Shown in pieces: positions 35,687 to 46,000 of a DNA stretch of 64,000 nucleotides. The position numbers and the translations under genes were made by a program. The notes under the pieces were generated by a model. The model was given only the letters and a program-made list of their open reading frames with translations. It was not told where the DNA came from and searched no databases. The DNA comes from a virus, in the IMG/VR virus record IMGVR_UViG_3300024265_000041, positions 20,256 to 84,255 of that record; one strand, written 5' to 3'. Position 1 is the first letter of the stretch; each line of letters begins with the position of its first letter.

Positions 35687-38544
35687 ACAACTATCTCTGA
35701 CTCAATAAAGGTTTCTGTCTCAATACCTTTCAATTTAAGTTTAGATAGTTCAATAACTACGCATGGCCTTTTATTAGCAAAATCTGGAGATTCAATGCAC
35801 GTTTGGTTTGTGCTTAAACAGTAGTTTTCTTGATCCACCAGTTTAATAAATTGAGATCTGTATTCTATTACTGTCTTGTTCCCCTGAAGTCTGACATACC
35901 TAACGTATAACGAATGACAAACTATCATATCTAAATAAAGTTTATTCCCTATTCTCAAGTAATGTTCGTCTGGCACTAACCATGTGCCAGCCCCTGACTC
36001 CTGGAGAGCCGCCATTTCTGATAAATTATCCATGACTAAATCAATTTCAGTTCTAGATTTCTCCATACTTAATTCTTTTGCAATGTGGTCAAGATGACTT
36101 ATGAACTCATTTCTCAATTTATGGATCTCTTCTGAGATATCTATACCAAATTCAGTCAGTGCTTCGTTAAGCAAATCCAGTCCAGAAATGGTTAATTGCA
36201 AAGCTATTTTTGGTCTGGTGTCTAACTCTTCAGGCATCACTGACTCGTAACTGTCAACTAAATGTCTAACGTGGGGACGGGGAGTTTTTAAAGCGTATAA
36301 CATCATTATTTTTCCCAGCATGACTAGCGAGGGATGATTTCTAGAAAGGAATTTAAACGTATTCTCCCTGCCCTGCTGCCCCTCTAACTTCATATGAACC
36401 ATTACCGAACGCTGCTGGAGCGCCGGAGCCATAGGCTGCTGCTCTGAACACACACACAATGGAGAAGTTATTGGGTAGGCCACCGTTGAAGCTCCAGTTC
36501 TCCCTCGTTGTACTGAGGGTCCTTTTTTATTGACCGTCCCCTTACGAACAACCTGAGACCCCCAGGCCATTTTCAATATTTCCCCTGCTTTTTCATAAGA
36601 AAAAGTAGTTGACATTTTCGACTTGTTGTACTCATCTAAAACGCGTGGGGTGGTCGTTGTCGAAGATACCAAGTCTAATAAAGCGTAAGGGGTTATGGCT
36701 GACAGAGCTGCGGGGCTGTCCCCATTAACATGGTCTACTCCGTGTAGGAAACTGAATAGTATAGCTGTTTCTGTTTTACCAGACCCAGCGTTACCGTATA
36801 ACGAGAGTAAAGGAAATTGTTTTCTGCCTTCTGCTCCGGTAATTACATGAGTTTTAAAATGGCTAATCATAAACCAACCAAGGATAGCGCCTACAGCATT
36901 CATCTCGTTGACATCTAACAAGGACAAGGCTACTTTCTTCAGGTGGTTCATTTGGTCTAAGTCTGATAGGTTAGGTAATCTTGTTTTTGAAAGTATAGGA
37001 GGACACGGGATTGCTCCAACAACGTCGTGGGTACCAGAGACCATGTACTGATCTAAACTAAACCCAGGCTCTGTGTAAACTAATCTATCTGACCCTGGTG
37101 AAGACGGTGTAATACCGCATGTAAAAACTTCCATAATTTCACCAACCCCCTCGTCTACGTCGTTGAATAATTTGTGTTTAATTTTTTGAACATCAGCATC
37201 AGACCCATAAAAAACTGGAGTTCCCAACCCAGCTATACTTTGGATTAATGAGCTTTTACTATTAAATGAATCTTCTGCAACCCTAATGACCTTATTTACC
37301 GATCCGTTTTCTATAACTTCAACCTCTACTGCAGTTATTAACGACCCATGCTTATCGTCTGTGGACCCCATTTCTATAAATGCTGACCCAGATAGTTTAT
37401 ACAAATTACAAGGTCGAAATACAAAGGTTGAGACTCTTTGAGGTCCTCTGTAGTACCCATCACTCTCCTCAGAAATCCCTAACTCCCCCTCTCCATCTGC
37501 AATTTGACATATCCCTTCAATAGGGCAACCTACACATGGACTCTCTTCAAAAACAGACTCCATAATTCCACAATTAAATTTGTACCTATCAGCATGACTT
37601 ATCCCATAACTGACTAAACTTTTTATTTCTTTCCGCCTTTTTGAAGGGGAGTTGTGTCTGCTGCTTTTGCTGTTATTTGAGAACTCATCTATTACTGAGG
37701 ATAGATCATTAATTGACTTACCTGAAGCGGAGCAATAAGTCATGAACTGCATAATGTAATCATTAAAATGTTTGTCTGGGTTCATCCCAGAGAATGCCGC
37801 CATTTGTTTAATACAGTTCGGGTCTTCCCCATTAAGAGATTTAAGATCCTCATCTGTAACTCCTATTGCGTTTGCTATTTTCTTATCTTCTTGTACCACC
37901 ATCCTCCTAGAAGTTTTATACAACCCAGACAACGCATCTGATCTTAACCCTTTTTCAAATTTAGGAAACTCAGGATTAGGCTTAGGGTTTTTTGAGTAAG
38001 TTACATAAGTGTCTGGGGTTAAATCTTTCAAGTCTCCAAGGGATACTCTAGTTTTTCTCTTGCCATTGTCTCGAAGTACATTGGCGACCCTCCACATCCT
38101 TCCCTTACCTTGACTATACACATTATAATCTAATCCCTCTTCATGAAAGTGACGAGCTATGCGTTTGTAAATCCTGGGAAGGCTGTCCTTAAACCTGAAG
38201 TCTATGAAGAATTCCTGTGGCACTAGGATATGGAACCCCTTCCCTCCAGAGCAGTAAATTTTTATATACCTTTCTGGAACCCCATAATTTATCAATTTAT
38301 TAACTATTTTAATGGCAGAGTCTATTGATATTTCCAAATGACCCTGACAGTCAATATCAAAATACATTGGCCCTTTATATTTCAATGTTGACTGGTCTGT
38401 CTCGTCGCTGACTGGCATGTTCAATTCTAAAACTGAAACGAACATTATGTTTTCTTCAGATAATTCCTCTTCGGTCGCGTTGTCTGTCCTTAAAATCCAT
38501 TTCTCCTGGATATGACCCTCCCCTGCTTTAGTATATCTAATCAT
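35683..38544 (-). CDS. Primase-helicase (AEP/prim-pol domain + PriL-like Cys domain + P-loop NTPase)
   Basis: YFDID, SGGKGFH, R.WR..N; Cys cluster C..M....PC..CP; Walker A GNAGSGKT, VLDE. Confidence 0.85.
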   Translation of the reverse strand: MIRYTKAGEGHIQEKWILRTDNATEEELSEENIMFVSVLELNMPVSDETDQSTLKYKGPMYFDIDCQGHLEISIDSAIKIVNKLINYGVPERYIKIYCSGGKGFHILVPQEFFIDFRFKDSLPRIYKRIARHFHEEGLDYNVYSQGKGRMWRVANVLRDNGKRKTRVSLGDLKDLTPDTYVTYSKNPKPNPEFPKFEKGLRSDALSGLYKTSRRMVVQEDKKIANAIGVTDEDLKSLNGEDPNCIKQMAAFSGMNPDKHFNDYIMQFMTYCSASGKSINDLSSVIDEFSNNSKSSRHNSPSKRRKEIKSLVSYGISHADRYKFNCGIMESVFEESPCVGCPIEGICQIADGEGELGISEESDGYYRGPQRVSTFVFRPCNLYKLSGSAFIEMGSTDDKHGSLITAVEVEVIENGSVNKVIRVAEDSFNSKSSLIQSIAGLGTPVFYGSDADVQKIKHKLFNDVDEGVGEIMEVFTCGITPSSPGSDRLVYTEPGFSLDQYMVSGTHDVVGAIPCPPILSKTRLPNLSDLDQMNHLKKVALSLLDVNEMNAVGAILGWFMISHFKTHVITGAEGRKQFPLLSLYGNAGSGKTETAILFSFLHGVDHVNGDSPAALSAITPYALLDLVSSTTTTPRVLDEYNKSKMSTTFSYEKAGEILKMAWGSQVVRKGTVNKKGPSVQRGRTGASTVAYPITSPLCVCSEQQPMAPALQQRSVMVHMKLEGQQGRENTFKFLSRNHPSLVMLGKIMMLYALKTPRPHVRHLVDSYESVMPEELDTRPKIALQLTISGLDLLNEALTEFGIDISEEIHKLRNEFISHLDHIAKELSMEKSRTEIDLVMDNLSEMAALQESGAGTWLVPDEHYLRIGNKLYLDMIVCHSLYVRYVRLQGNKTVIEYRSQFIKLVDQENYCLSTNQTCIESPDFANKRPCVVIELSKLKLKGIETETFIESEIVV

Positions 38545-38933
38545 GGACGGCCTCCCTTTTTTATGGACTGAAATAAATTCTTATCTTTAACCAGATACTT
38601 TTTCTTAATAGAAGAGAGGGTAGCAACTACAAAATCTTTTTCCACTTTAAAAACAAACTCTGGAGACAGACCATTCCATCTTTTATTAAGAACTACTGGG
38701 ATGGATGGGGTAAGTGTTACCCCACATGAGAGCGACACCATACGTAAACCACCCTGGTAAATACTCCCCTTGCTATCTATCACTGTCCAATGAACTGATC
38801 CGTTAGAGATCGTAAAATGGTCTAAAGTTACTAGGTCTATAAGTGTAGGATCTTTACTGGTAGAATTAGGCTCTCTCCCAATAAATATGGGGGACCCAAC
38901 CTCAAGTACTATCCTGATGGTTTTTTTATTCAT
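38541..38933 (-). CDS. Hypothetical protein
   Basis: ATGA overlap with primase start. Confidence 0.5.
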   Translation of the reverse strand: MNKKTIRIVLEVGSPIFIGREPNSTSKDPTLIDLVTLDHFTISNGSVHWTVIDSKGSIYQGGLRMVSLSCGVTLTPSIPVVLNKRWNGLSPEFVFKVEKDFVVATLSSIKKKYLVKDKNLFQSIKKGGRP

Positions 38934-38950
38934 TAAATAATTCTGACTAT

Positions 38951-39193
38951 TTACATCGTTATTTCTTTATCGCTAAGTTTTTTAAGAATAATACCCCCTA
39001 TGGAACTTCTTTTCATATACTTAACAATGAATACTATGTCTTCATTTTCTTCCAGCCCCTTCAACATAGTCTTAGTTGCCTGAACGTTAATTTCATCCAA
39101 AACTAACAGCCCACCTACCGCCATTTGGTTGTATTGCAGTGGGAGTTTTGAAAGATCTGTACAAAACTTTGTTTCTTTATGTTTTCTTGGCAT
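38951..39193 (-). CDS. Hypothetical protein
   Basis: AGGAG RBS. Confidence 0.55.
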   Translation of the reverse strand: MPRKHKETKFCTDLSKLPLQYNQMAVGGLLVLDEINVQATKTMLKGLEENEDIVFIVKYMKRSSIGGIILKKLSDKEITM

Positions 39194-39212
39194 TTCTTAC
39201 TCCTGGTAATAA

Positions 39213-39674
39213 CTACAAACTAGCCACCCCTGCCTTATTTAATAAGTAGGAGAGTACATGTAAGTCGCTCTTTAAACTTTGAACTTTCTTTAGAATTAAA
39301 TTATGATTGACATTAAAAATATCCGAAACTTCCTTAGTAGTAAACAGGACATCCTTAAACCTCATTATTATCAACCCTTTTGGTATAATGCAATTGCTAT
39401 TGTAAGACCCTACGAAGTCTATGTTGTGAGTTGAGATAGGGAATTTCCTAGTTTTTCTAGTAATAAAAACATTACCTGTCCTAGAATATAAAAACTTATT
39501 ACAGTCTATAAGCCTCTCTAACCCTTCGCTCAACCCTACTACTTCTGATCCTCCAGCATACCCCCCTAAGTTTGGTTGCAGGTCATAAAAGTACATAGCT
39601 ACCATACTTCTAAATTGCATTTCTAAAATGCTACAATCTACCAGGGTATCTGAGGGAGATTTCATCTGAAACAC
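39213..39674 (-). CDS. Hypothetical protein, possible C-terminal HTH
   Basis: FTTKEVSDIFNV HTH-like segment. Confidence 0.45.
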   Translation of the reverse strand: MFQMKSPSDTLVDCSILEMQFRSMVAMYFYDLQPNLGGYAGGSEVVGLSEGLERLIDCNKFLYSRTGNVFITRKTRKFPISTHNIDFVGSYNSNCIIPKGLIIMRFKDVLFTTKEVSDIFNVNHNLILKKVQSLKSDLHVLSYLLNKAGVASL

Positions 39675-39915
39675 CTTTACTTAAAGTTATTAAATCTGCT
39701 GGGTCTAGAGTTTTAGAAAATTCCTTACCGGCCTCTTTAAGAAGATCTGCAGCTAGCTTAACATTAGGAGGTATCCCTCCCGGAGTACCGTATATTGCAT
39801 GACTTATCATTATCACAATATCAGACAGGGGGCACTTGATGCCTTTGCTTTCTGGCTTGATCATCCTCATCTTTTTTAATCTTGCATACGACTTAAACTG
39901 AATCAACTCACCCAC
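39631..39915 (-). CDS. Hypothetical protein
   Basis: Overlapping ORF in operon. Confidence 0.45.
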   Translation of the reverse strand: MGELIQFKSYARLKKMRMIKPESKGIKCPLSDIVIMISHAIYGTPGGIPPNVKLAADLLKEAGKEFSKTLDPADLITLSKGVSDEISLRYPGRL

Positions 39916-40210
39916 GCTTAACCCCCCATATATTTTTAAGGATTTCTACGTCCTTTTCCATTTGCTTGCACAGTTCATCATCTCCAGCATCGATAAATAT
40001 AGTTTTCAATTGTTGTCCTGAGTACTCAGGTTTAACGTTGTCCCCATATAGGAAAAAGCAGGTTCTTGAAAACACTAGAGGAGGTAAAAACGGCCCAGCA
40101 AGTTTAAGTGAATAGTGGTTAATTAGTGATCTTTTCAGGGTAGACAAACGACTATTTGCCCCTTTAAGATCTGGTTTATCTAACCTCAGAGTGAGAGTTA
40201 TTTTTTTCAT
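39908..40210 (-). CDS. Hypothetical protein
   Basis: Coupled ORF. Confidence 0.5.
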   Translation of the reverse strand: MKKITLTLRLDKPDLKGANSRLSTLKRSLINHYSLKLAGPFLPPLVFSRTCFFLYGDNVKPEYSGQQLKTIFIDAGDDELCKQMEKDVEILKNIWGVKRG

Positions 40211-40731
40211 TCCCTAAGTCTCAGCCATTCTCTTCTGTGACTGTAAATGGTGTCTATTTTCACACCAAACTTATCAGCAATATCACCTTTATTCTGTAAG
40301 TCGTACTCCCCTGAGTCAAGCATGTGGTAGAGTTCTTCAACTTTATCTTTAGTCATAATGACTTTACCGTGATTGTCCCCTCTACATGCAGTTAGCTCTT
40401 TATACTTCTGAATAGTTACCCACTTTTGATGCCCTGGTCTAACACACCTACTATTACCACAGGTTGGCACCAGAATATGGGACATCGGTTTCGCTACGAA
40501 ATGGTTAGGCAACCTTGGGGCTCTTGCTTCTAGGTCATCCATATATTGATAAACTAAATAGTTAGCAGAAAATTCTTCCTTCATGAATTTTGCTCTGTTA
40601 GATATCCTGTTACGCCAGTATTTTGGTTGCTCCCAAATCCAATGCGCTACTAACCCCTCGCCCATGGTTATCTTGCCCTTTAAGTAGAATTCTAATCTCT
40701 TAAGGAATTTAGTTTCTATCAAGTTTTTCAT
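40207..40731 (-). CDS. HNH/His-Me-finger-derived protein with C-terminal HTH
   Basis: HWIW, PTCGNSRCVRPGH, RGDNH, DIADKFGV...TI. Confidence 0.65.
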   Translation of the reverse strand: MKNLIETKFLKRLEFYLKGKITMGEGLVAHWIWEQPKYWRNRISNRAKFMKEEFSANYLVYQYMDDLEARAPRLPNHFVAKPMSHILVPTCGNSRCVRPGHQKWVTIQKYKELTACRGDNHGKVIMTKDKVEELYHMLDSGEYDLQNKGDIADKFGVKIDTIYSHRREWLRLRE

Positions 40732-40739
40732 TTACGCCT

Positions 40740-41147
40740 CTAAATTTGGTACATTAATCCTTCACATGATTTTAAAATGCCTTCCCCTATTTCCCTCAAC
40801 TCCTCAGAGTCTTCACCACATAGCCAATCTATTTCGTCTTCTTCTCTGCACAACAAATCAGCGTGACTGTCACCTACTGGCATCCCACAAACTTCCTTCA
40901 ATAACTCCCCCACCCCTCTCCACCCTAAATACTCAGGCCACTCTTCAGCAGTCTTGCAGTGGCAACTCGGGTTGAAATTAGTTCCTGATAAAACTACCTT
41001 CTGTGATCTTAAATCTAAAATAGTGTATTGGTAGTTAACTAGATACACGCCAGAGCTATGAAACTTAGTATCTACTTTATAACGAAGATTCAAAACAAAT
41101 ATAGAACCAAGTTTATCTTGATAGTCTTCGGTAACCGATCTTTTCAT
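40740..41147 (-). CDS. Hypothetical protein
   Basis: GAGG RBS; first gene after the 41279 promoter. Confidence 0.55.
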   Translation of the reverse strand: MKRSVTEDYQDKLGSIFVLNLRYKVDTKFHSSGVYLVNYQYTILDLRSQKVVLSGTNFNPSCHCKTAEEWPEYLGWRGVGELLKEVCGMPVGDSHADLLCREEDEIDWLCGEDSEELREIGEGILKSCEGLMYQI

Positions 41148-41250
41148 AACTTCCTCTATGATTGATTATTTAACAGAGTAAAAGCAATAAAGCTTAAGCT
41201 AAATGGTAAATCTCTTACTGTTTTTAATTACCCTGTGTACTTCTAAGCCC

Positions 41251-41279
41251 AGTATCCTATCGACTGTGGTTTATGTCAA
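41251..41279 (-). promoter_or_regulatory. Strong sigma70-type promoter for the replication operon
   Basis: TTGACA-N17-GATACT on minus strand in intergenic DNA. Confidence 0.75.
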
Positions 41280-41324
41280 CTAAGTCTGGCGTAGCTTTAG
41301 GGATTTCCTAATACCCCATTTGTT

Positions 41325-41660
41325 CTAACAGGTTCTTTCTGTTGCTCTGCATTTTAACAGGCATTCGCTCTCTAACTGGTCAGTACCAACAACTTTAATT
41401 ATTACGTGGTATACATTGCCCACCACAAGATTCGCAAAAGGATCGAATATTTTCCTGTAAACCCCATTCGATGCGGTGACATAGGGCAACGTAACAGGCC
41501 ATGACTCACCAATCAAATCAACTCCGTTACTGTCTGTAATAGTTACTGTCACGGTGGCATCGTTAACATAGATTGGGTTTGCTAACGGGTTTGTAACTGT
41601 GTGCTGTATTACTGTTGAGTTCCCAGGGGATAACTCATTAGATTCAGTTGATTCACTCAT
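41325..41660 (-). CDS. Ig-like/BppU-like putative virion protein
   Basis: ATVTVTITD..G....WPVTL.YV..SNG.Y beta-sandwich pattern. Confidence 0.55.
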   Translation of the reverse strand: MSESTESNELSPGNSTVIQHTVTNPLANPIYVNDATVTVTITDSNGVDLIGESWPVTLPYVTASNGVYRKIFDPFANLVVGNVYHVIIKVVGTDQLESECLLKCRATERTC

Positions 41661-41662
41661 TA

Positions 41663-41869
41663 TTAGTTTCCTGTAATTTCTGTCTCACCGGTTAAACCTG
41701 CAGTTACGCTAGCTTCCCCCGTTAGTGCATTTGTTGGTACTGTATCAGAGCTATACGCGTAAGTTACTGATAACTCACCCCTAAGGAATCCAATTTGCCT
41801 TCTGGAGAAAAACCCTCGTGTGATTATCCTCTGTATCAAACCAAACCCACGAGATATTAAATTAGACAT
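41663..41869 (-). CDS. Small putative virion protein
   Basis: LISRGFG...IITRGF, then LTGE.S.T repeats; coupled to 868-aa gene. Confidence 0.5.
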   Translation of the reverse strand: MSNLISRGFGLIQRIITRGFFSRRQIGFLRGELSVTYAYSSDTVPTNALTGEASVTAGLTGETEITGN

Positions 41870-44475
41870 TATGTAGCCCTAGTTTTACTTGTTGGAATAT
41901 CGGCGTCATCCAGGGTGAATGTCATTGCTGCCGTTACGTTGTCAATTTTATAATCTGTCCATGTTGTACCTACTTGTGCAGGGCTTCTTAAATCTGACCA
42001 AATCATATAAAGTACTTGTGAAGGGGTCATTGCGGATCCGTCAGCCGCGTAGCTTTCAGTCATTGCTGTTGTCCAGACTCCATTAATAGAATCTAATATC
42101 AGATCTAATCTACCACCGTCCGTCCAGTCAGTTTGTAATTCATTTGTGTCAGCTAAAATTGAAGCTACATCCACGCCTTTAATAGCTCCATCGGTGTTAA
42201 CTGTTGGGGACCCTGTTAAGTTGTTAACTAACTCCTTGTAAGTTCCTCTTACCTCCACAGTTGCATCTGCACCGTTTAATGTAACAGTACCTAATTCCCC
42301 ACTGACCGTAATAACGTCACCAGCCTCTAACCCAGAAAGTGTGATCCCACCACTGTAACGCCTAAACTGAATTGTTACAGCTTGCCCTGCTGTTTTTGTG
42401 AACGTAGGGGCTGCGGCTCCAGGTACCTTACTATAGCAGTCGTGATAATTATAATCCCCTGCAAGAGTTTGAGTTACTGTCCCTCTGAATCCGCAAAAAT
42501 CAAAGTGCCCTAGCTGAACAGAAATTGAATCTATATCGCAACCCTCAAAATGCACTTCTTCTGTCCCTGTACATATTCCAGAAACCTCTGAAGCACCTTG
42601 GAAATACGTTCCAGAAACACTTTTATTATTTAAGGCGAGCGTCCAATGATCACCGAAGAATGAAAAATTATCACTAATCCCTTCCAAGGTAATGATGGAT
42701 CCGTTTATGGTATGAAAATCTGTAAGTCCGACGCTAGATGAAAGAGTTAATGCGTCTGCTAATGTTAAAACTGGCCTATCAGCAACGCCGTTAAAGAATG
42801 CAACGACCCCCGCTTTCCCAGATAAAGTATTAACCCATATTCTTCCTAAAGCGTAACCAACAGAATCAAAGTTAGTAACGAAATCAAACCGCAAACGATC
42901 AGTAGCAATATTATTTGCGGTTGTAGATAAAAATCTAAATCTTACTTTCCCTAAATTAGCACCTGTCCCAGTATATGCGTTAACAGCTCTAATTGTTTCC
43001 TCTATTAAGGTTGTACCAACAGCTCCAGGCAATACTAACTCTGTTTTGAATGCAGCATCACCCCAATGGTAAAATTGAAGTTCTACAGAGTCCAAAATAC
43101 CACTAACGTACCCTCTCCAGGTGACGTCTGTTGCAACCTGAGTTCCTCCTAAAGTTACTTCATAATAGAAATCTGTGTTCCCCCCAACAGCGGCAACTTC
43201 ATGTACAACTCCGTCCTCTTCGTGAGTCGCTTCGAATGTGAGAGTTTCAGTTCCGGTTGTAATCACTACACCAGTCGCATTGATTGCCCCACCTCCAGAA
43301 ACCCCTGTCGACAACAGTCCAATTTGAGCTTGGGTTGCAGGGGCTTTGTCATTTTCATACCCGGTGCCGTCGTAAGTATCTTCAAGATTTCCTGCAGCAG
43401 TTGCGCTAATAGTCCCCGCTTCTATGTTATCTATACTTGCCTGAGTAAGTGCTGCTAACAGGACAGGTGAGCTAGGTAGCATTACATACCCTGATGTTGT
43501 GTTGGGAATTCTCTCCCATGGCCTATCGAGAGAAGCAATCTTTGTCGTACCATCGTAACTGAGAACTAATCTAGCCTGATCTTCCCCAGTGCCTGACATA
43601 ACAAAAACCATTTGCCCTTCATACGCGTTATCATCTGGGGAAGCTAAAGTGTTTAAAGTGACTGTTGTTGATGTCCCAGCTTGTGCAAGGCCCTCATTAA
43701 CATGCGTTCCTCCTGCATCTGCTATAATATTAAATTCGCTAGTCGCGTCAGGGTTCATTTTCCAATTACGATTTACTGTTGCAGTTTTAGATGTGCCATC
43801 ATATTGTAATATACGTCGTGCCTGACCTTCACCTGTCCCTGCAATTATTGCCACTATAGCGGGGTCATAAGCTCCGTCCATTGAACTAGCACCTGTATCA
43901 AACTGTATTTGATTATCCCCTGTTCCTGGTCCCTGAGCTGTCTCCGTTCTAATAACTATACTGGCTAAGCTTCTCAATTCTTTGCCTGCACTTTGGGCAA
44001 TATTGTGGTTCGCTTTGGTAATAACTCTATCCCATATGGCTTTTGCTATTTCAACCATACCAGTTGCAGTTGAAGCAATCGCATCTAGACCAGTAGAGGC
44101 TAACGAATATCCTTCTTTACTGACTATGTCAACTATAATTGGTATTGCTATGGCATTCTTAGAGCCTTCTATAACAACCTGTAGAGACACCTGATCAACG
44201 CCAGTAACAAATGCTGCGTCCGGGTAATCGCAACGATACAATCCTGGGAAATTAGTATCGTCAACAAGAATAAACCCACCATCTGAGTGAGCAGCGCTTG
44301 ACGAAGCTAATGTAATAAGCGTTAAATCTGTTCTAGCCTCCCCCTGTCTCGTATAGGATGCTGATCCACCTGTCTCTATGTCTGAATATAGCAACCCTGT
44401 TACGGGTAACCCAGTAGTTTTGTCTAAAATGTAATAATACGCACTTACATCGACTGACCCTTCTGTAATTATCAT
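41869..44475 (-). CDS. Large Thr/Gly/Asp-rich putative virion (fibre/spike) protein
   Basis: Duplicated AQ.G....AS..D.AY....GTGE.QAR....YDGT.K.A...R.W...P..TS domain; beta-helix-like region; composition matches tail genes. Confidence 0.7.
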   Translation of the reverse strand: MIITEGSVDVSAYYYILDKTTGLPVTGLLYSDIETGGSASYTRQGEARTDLTLITLASSSAAHSDGGFILVDDTNFPGLYRCDYPDAAFVTGVDQVSLQVVIEGSKNAIAIPIIVDIVSKEGYSLASTGLDAIASTATGMVEIAKAIWDRVITKANHNIAQSAGKELRSLASIVIRTETAQGPGTGDNQIQFDTGASSMDGAYDPAIVAIIAGTGEGQARRILQYDGTSKTATVNRNWKMNPDATSEFNIIADAGGTHVNEGLAQAGTSTTVTLNTLASPDDNAYEGQMVFVMSGTGEDQARLVLSYDGTTKIASLDRPWERIPNTTSGYVMLPSSPVLLAALTQASIDNIEAGTISATAAGNLEDTYDGTGYENDKAPATQAQIGLLSTGVSGGGAINATGVVITTGTETLTFEATHEEDGVVHEVAAVGGNTDFYYEVTLGGTQVATDVTWRGYVSGILDSVELQFYHWGDAAFKTELVLPGAVGTTLIEETIRAVNAYTGTGANLGKVRFRFLSTTANNIATDRLRFDFVTNFDSVGYALGRIWVNTLSGKAGVVAFFNGVADRPVLTLADALTLSSSVGLTDFHTINGSIITLEGISDNFSFFGDHWTLALNNKSVSGTYFQGASEVSGICTGTEEVHFEGCDIDSISVQLGHFDFCGFRGTVTQTLAGDYNYHDCYSKVPGAAAPTFTKTAGQAVTIQFRRYSGGITLSGLEAGDVITVSGELGTVTLNGADATVEVRGTYKELVNNLTGSPTVNTDGAIKGVDVASILADTNELQTDWTDGGRLDLILDSINGVWTTAMTESYAADGSAMTPSQVLYMIWSDLRSPAQVGTTWTDYKIDNVTAAMTFTLDDADIPTSKTRAT

Positions 44476-44562
44476 AACCTTATGTCCCGGATTACTATTG
44501 ATCTAGTTATTAATAGTAACTCACTTATAGGATCTTCACCAGCGAGTTTTAATAGTGACCCC

Positions 44563-45477
44563 TTACTCTTCCAAATTGTCAAGTAAATGGTTAATTTTAT
44601 CCCAGTTGTCGTAGAGCTTACCAAGACGCTCCTCGACATCTACCTCCTGTTCCTCAACTTGAGTCCATAAGTACTGGTCTACATACTCGTTGATTTCGTC
44701 TTTTATCATTTCCTCCATCACAGCAGGTTCCAGAGCATCTAACTCCCAGGACGTGTTACCGAATTTTTTGATGTACTCTTTAGCCCTACTGTCAGTAATT
44801 TTGGCAGGATTAGGAGGAGGTGAGTATCGTTCTACCTGATCCATGTTGAGCGCCAGCCGGATAATTTCTACTTTTCCAGACCCTCCTGTAAATAAATCTA
44901 ACCGGTCTTTATTATCCCGAGTCATATCCATTCCGCTCGGGTCATGGTCTCCAAGATGAATTAGGACACAATGTTTCCCTTCGTTCAATTTATCTTCATA
45001 ACGTTGACCCGCTCGCCATGCTTCAGAGGCAGACAGGTAACCTTTACATGCCATATGAGGCACCAGAAGGGGCCTACACGCTCTCGAAACTACGTTACCT
45101 AGTGCTTCCTTCTCTACCCAAACTTCTATGTAGCAGGGTTGCCTCCCCCACTGGTCGAATCTAATAAATCTTGGCAACATCTCAATCGCTTCAGCTTCGT
45201 CTTCTCGGTACCAAAAATTGTTATGCTCACGATTTCTGTCTTCGATAGCTTTCCATGATATTAACCCTGCTAGCCTAGCCTTGTTAATTAGGTTGCCCAA
45301 ATTTTTGTATGACCTGTCAGAATTTTCTAACCACCACCTGGCTACAAATTGGTAATAGATTTGCCTTAAGGTCAGAGTGTACCCCTGCTTTTGGTATTCC
45401 CTGATTATCTCTTCAGCTTGGTAAACTATTGCCAAACTTTCTGATGTTGGGTTCCAATTTTTGTACCAAATTTTCAT
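44563..45477 (-). CDS. Topoisomerase VI A / Spo11-like protein (winged helix + TOPRIM)
   Basis: TLRQIYYQ catalytic-Tyr motif, EVWVEK, KGY.S, GDHDPSG, WELDAL. Confidence 0.8.
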   Translation of the reverse strand: MKIWYKNWNPTSESLAIVYQAEEIIREYQKQGYTLTLRQIYYQFVARWWLENSDRSYKNLGNLINKARLAGLISWKAIEDRNREHNNFWYREDEAEAIEMLPRFIRFDQWGRQPCYIEVWVEKEALGNVVSRACRPLLVPHMACKGYLSASEAWRAGQRYEDKLNEGKHCVLIHLGDHDPSGMDMTRDNKDRLDLFTGGSGKVEIIRLALNMDQVERYSPPPNPAKITDSRAKEYIKKFGNTSWELDALEPAVMEEMIKDEINEYVDQYLWTQVEEQEVDVEERLGKLYDNWDKINHLLDNLEE

Positions 45478-45713
45478 TTTATAGCCTCCGAGTAGTCCAA
45501 TATTTTAATCAGACTTTCGTCTACATCTACTTCACCTTCAATAAACAAATTGGCTTTCAATTCCATATATATTAAATCCTTAGTATCCATGTAGATGTTG
45601 ATCTCTGTTACTGAAATACCTTGGTCACTTAATTTCTTTAAAACATTTTCACCTTTACTATCCAGTAGTTTGATGTCACTACTAGATCCATTTTTAGGTA
45701 ATATTAATTTCAT
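45474..45713 (-). CDS. Hypothetical protein
   Basis: GAGG RBS; ATGA overlap. Confidence 0.5.
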   Translation of the reverse strand: MKLILPKNGSSSDIKLLDSKGENVLKKLSDQGISVTEINIYMDTKDLIYMELKANLFIEGEVDVDESLIKILDYSEAIK

Positions 45714-45762
45714 AATTAATCCTCAATTATCGGTAGTTTAATAGGCATTTCTGTATCCGGGT

Positions 45763-45984
45763 TCAGACTTCCATCACCTTTAGGTCCAGCCATCGATAAA
45801 CCGTCCCATCTCTAAGATTTTCACAGTCTTTGCATCTGCGTTTTTTAGCTTCCCTACAGATCCCTTGTTGTGAACCCGATGTCCACAACTTAAAGTTTCT
45901 ACCTGCCTATAGGAGTTAACGTGATAACCGTAAACTGGGGGGTTTTAAGTAATCTTTAACTTTTCTCCAAATGTATTCATACAT
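45763..45984 (-). pseudogene. Frameshifted small Zn-finger gene
   Basis: MYEYIWRKVKDYLKPP joins VYGYH...ETLSCGH...RRCKDC if one C is removed from the C6 run (45937-45942). Confidence 0.45.
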
Positions 45985-46000
45985 ATTTGACCTACCCTCT

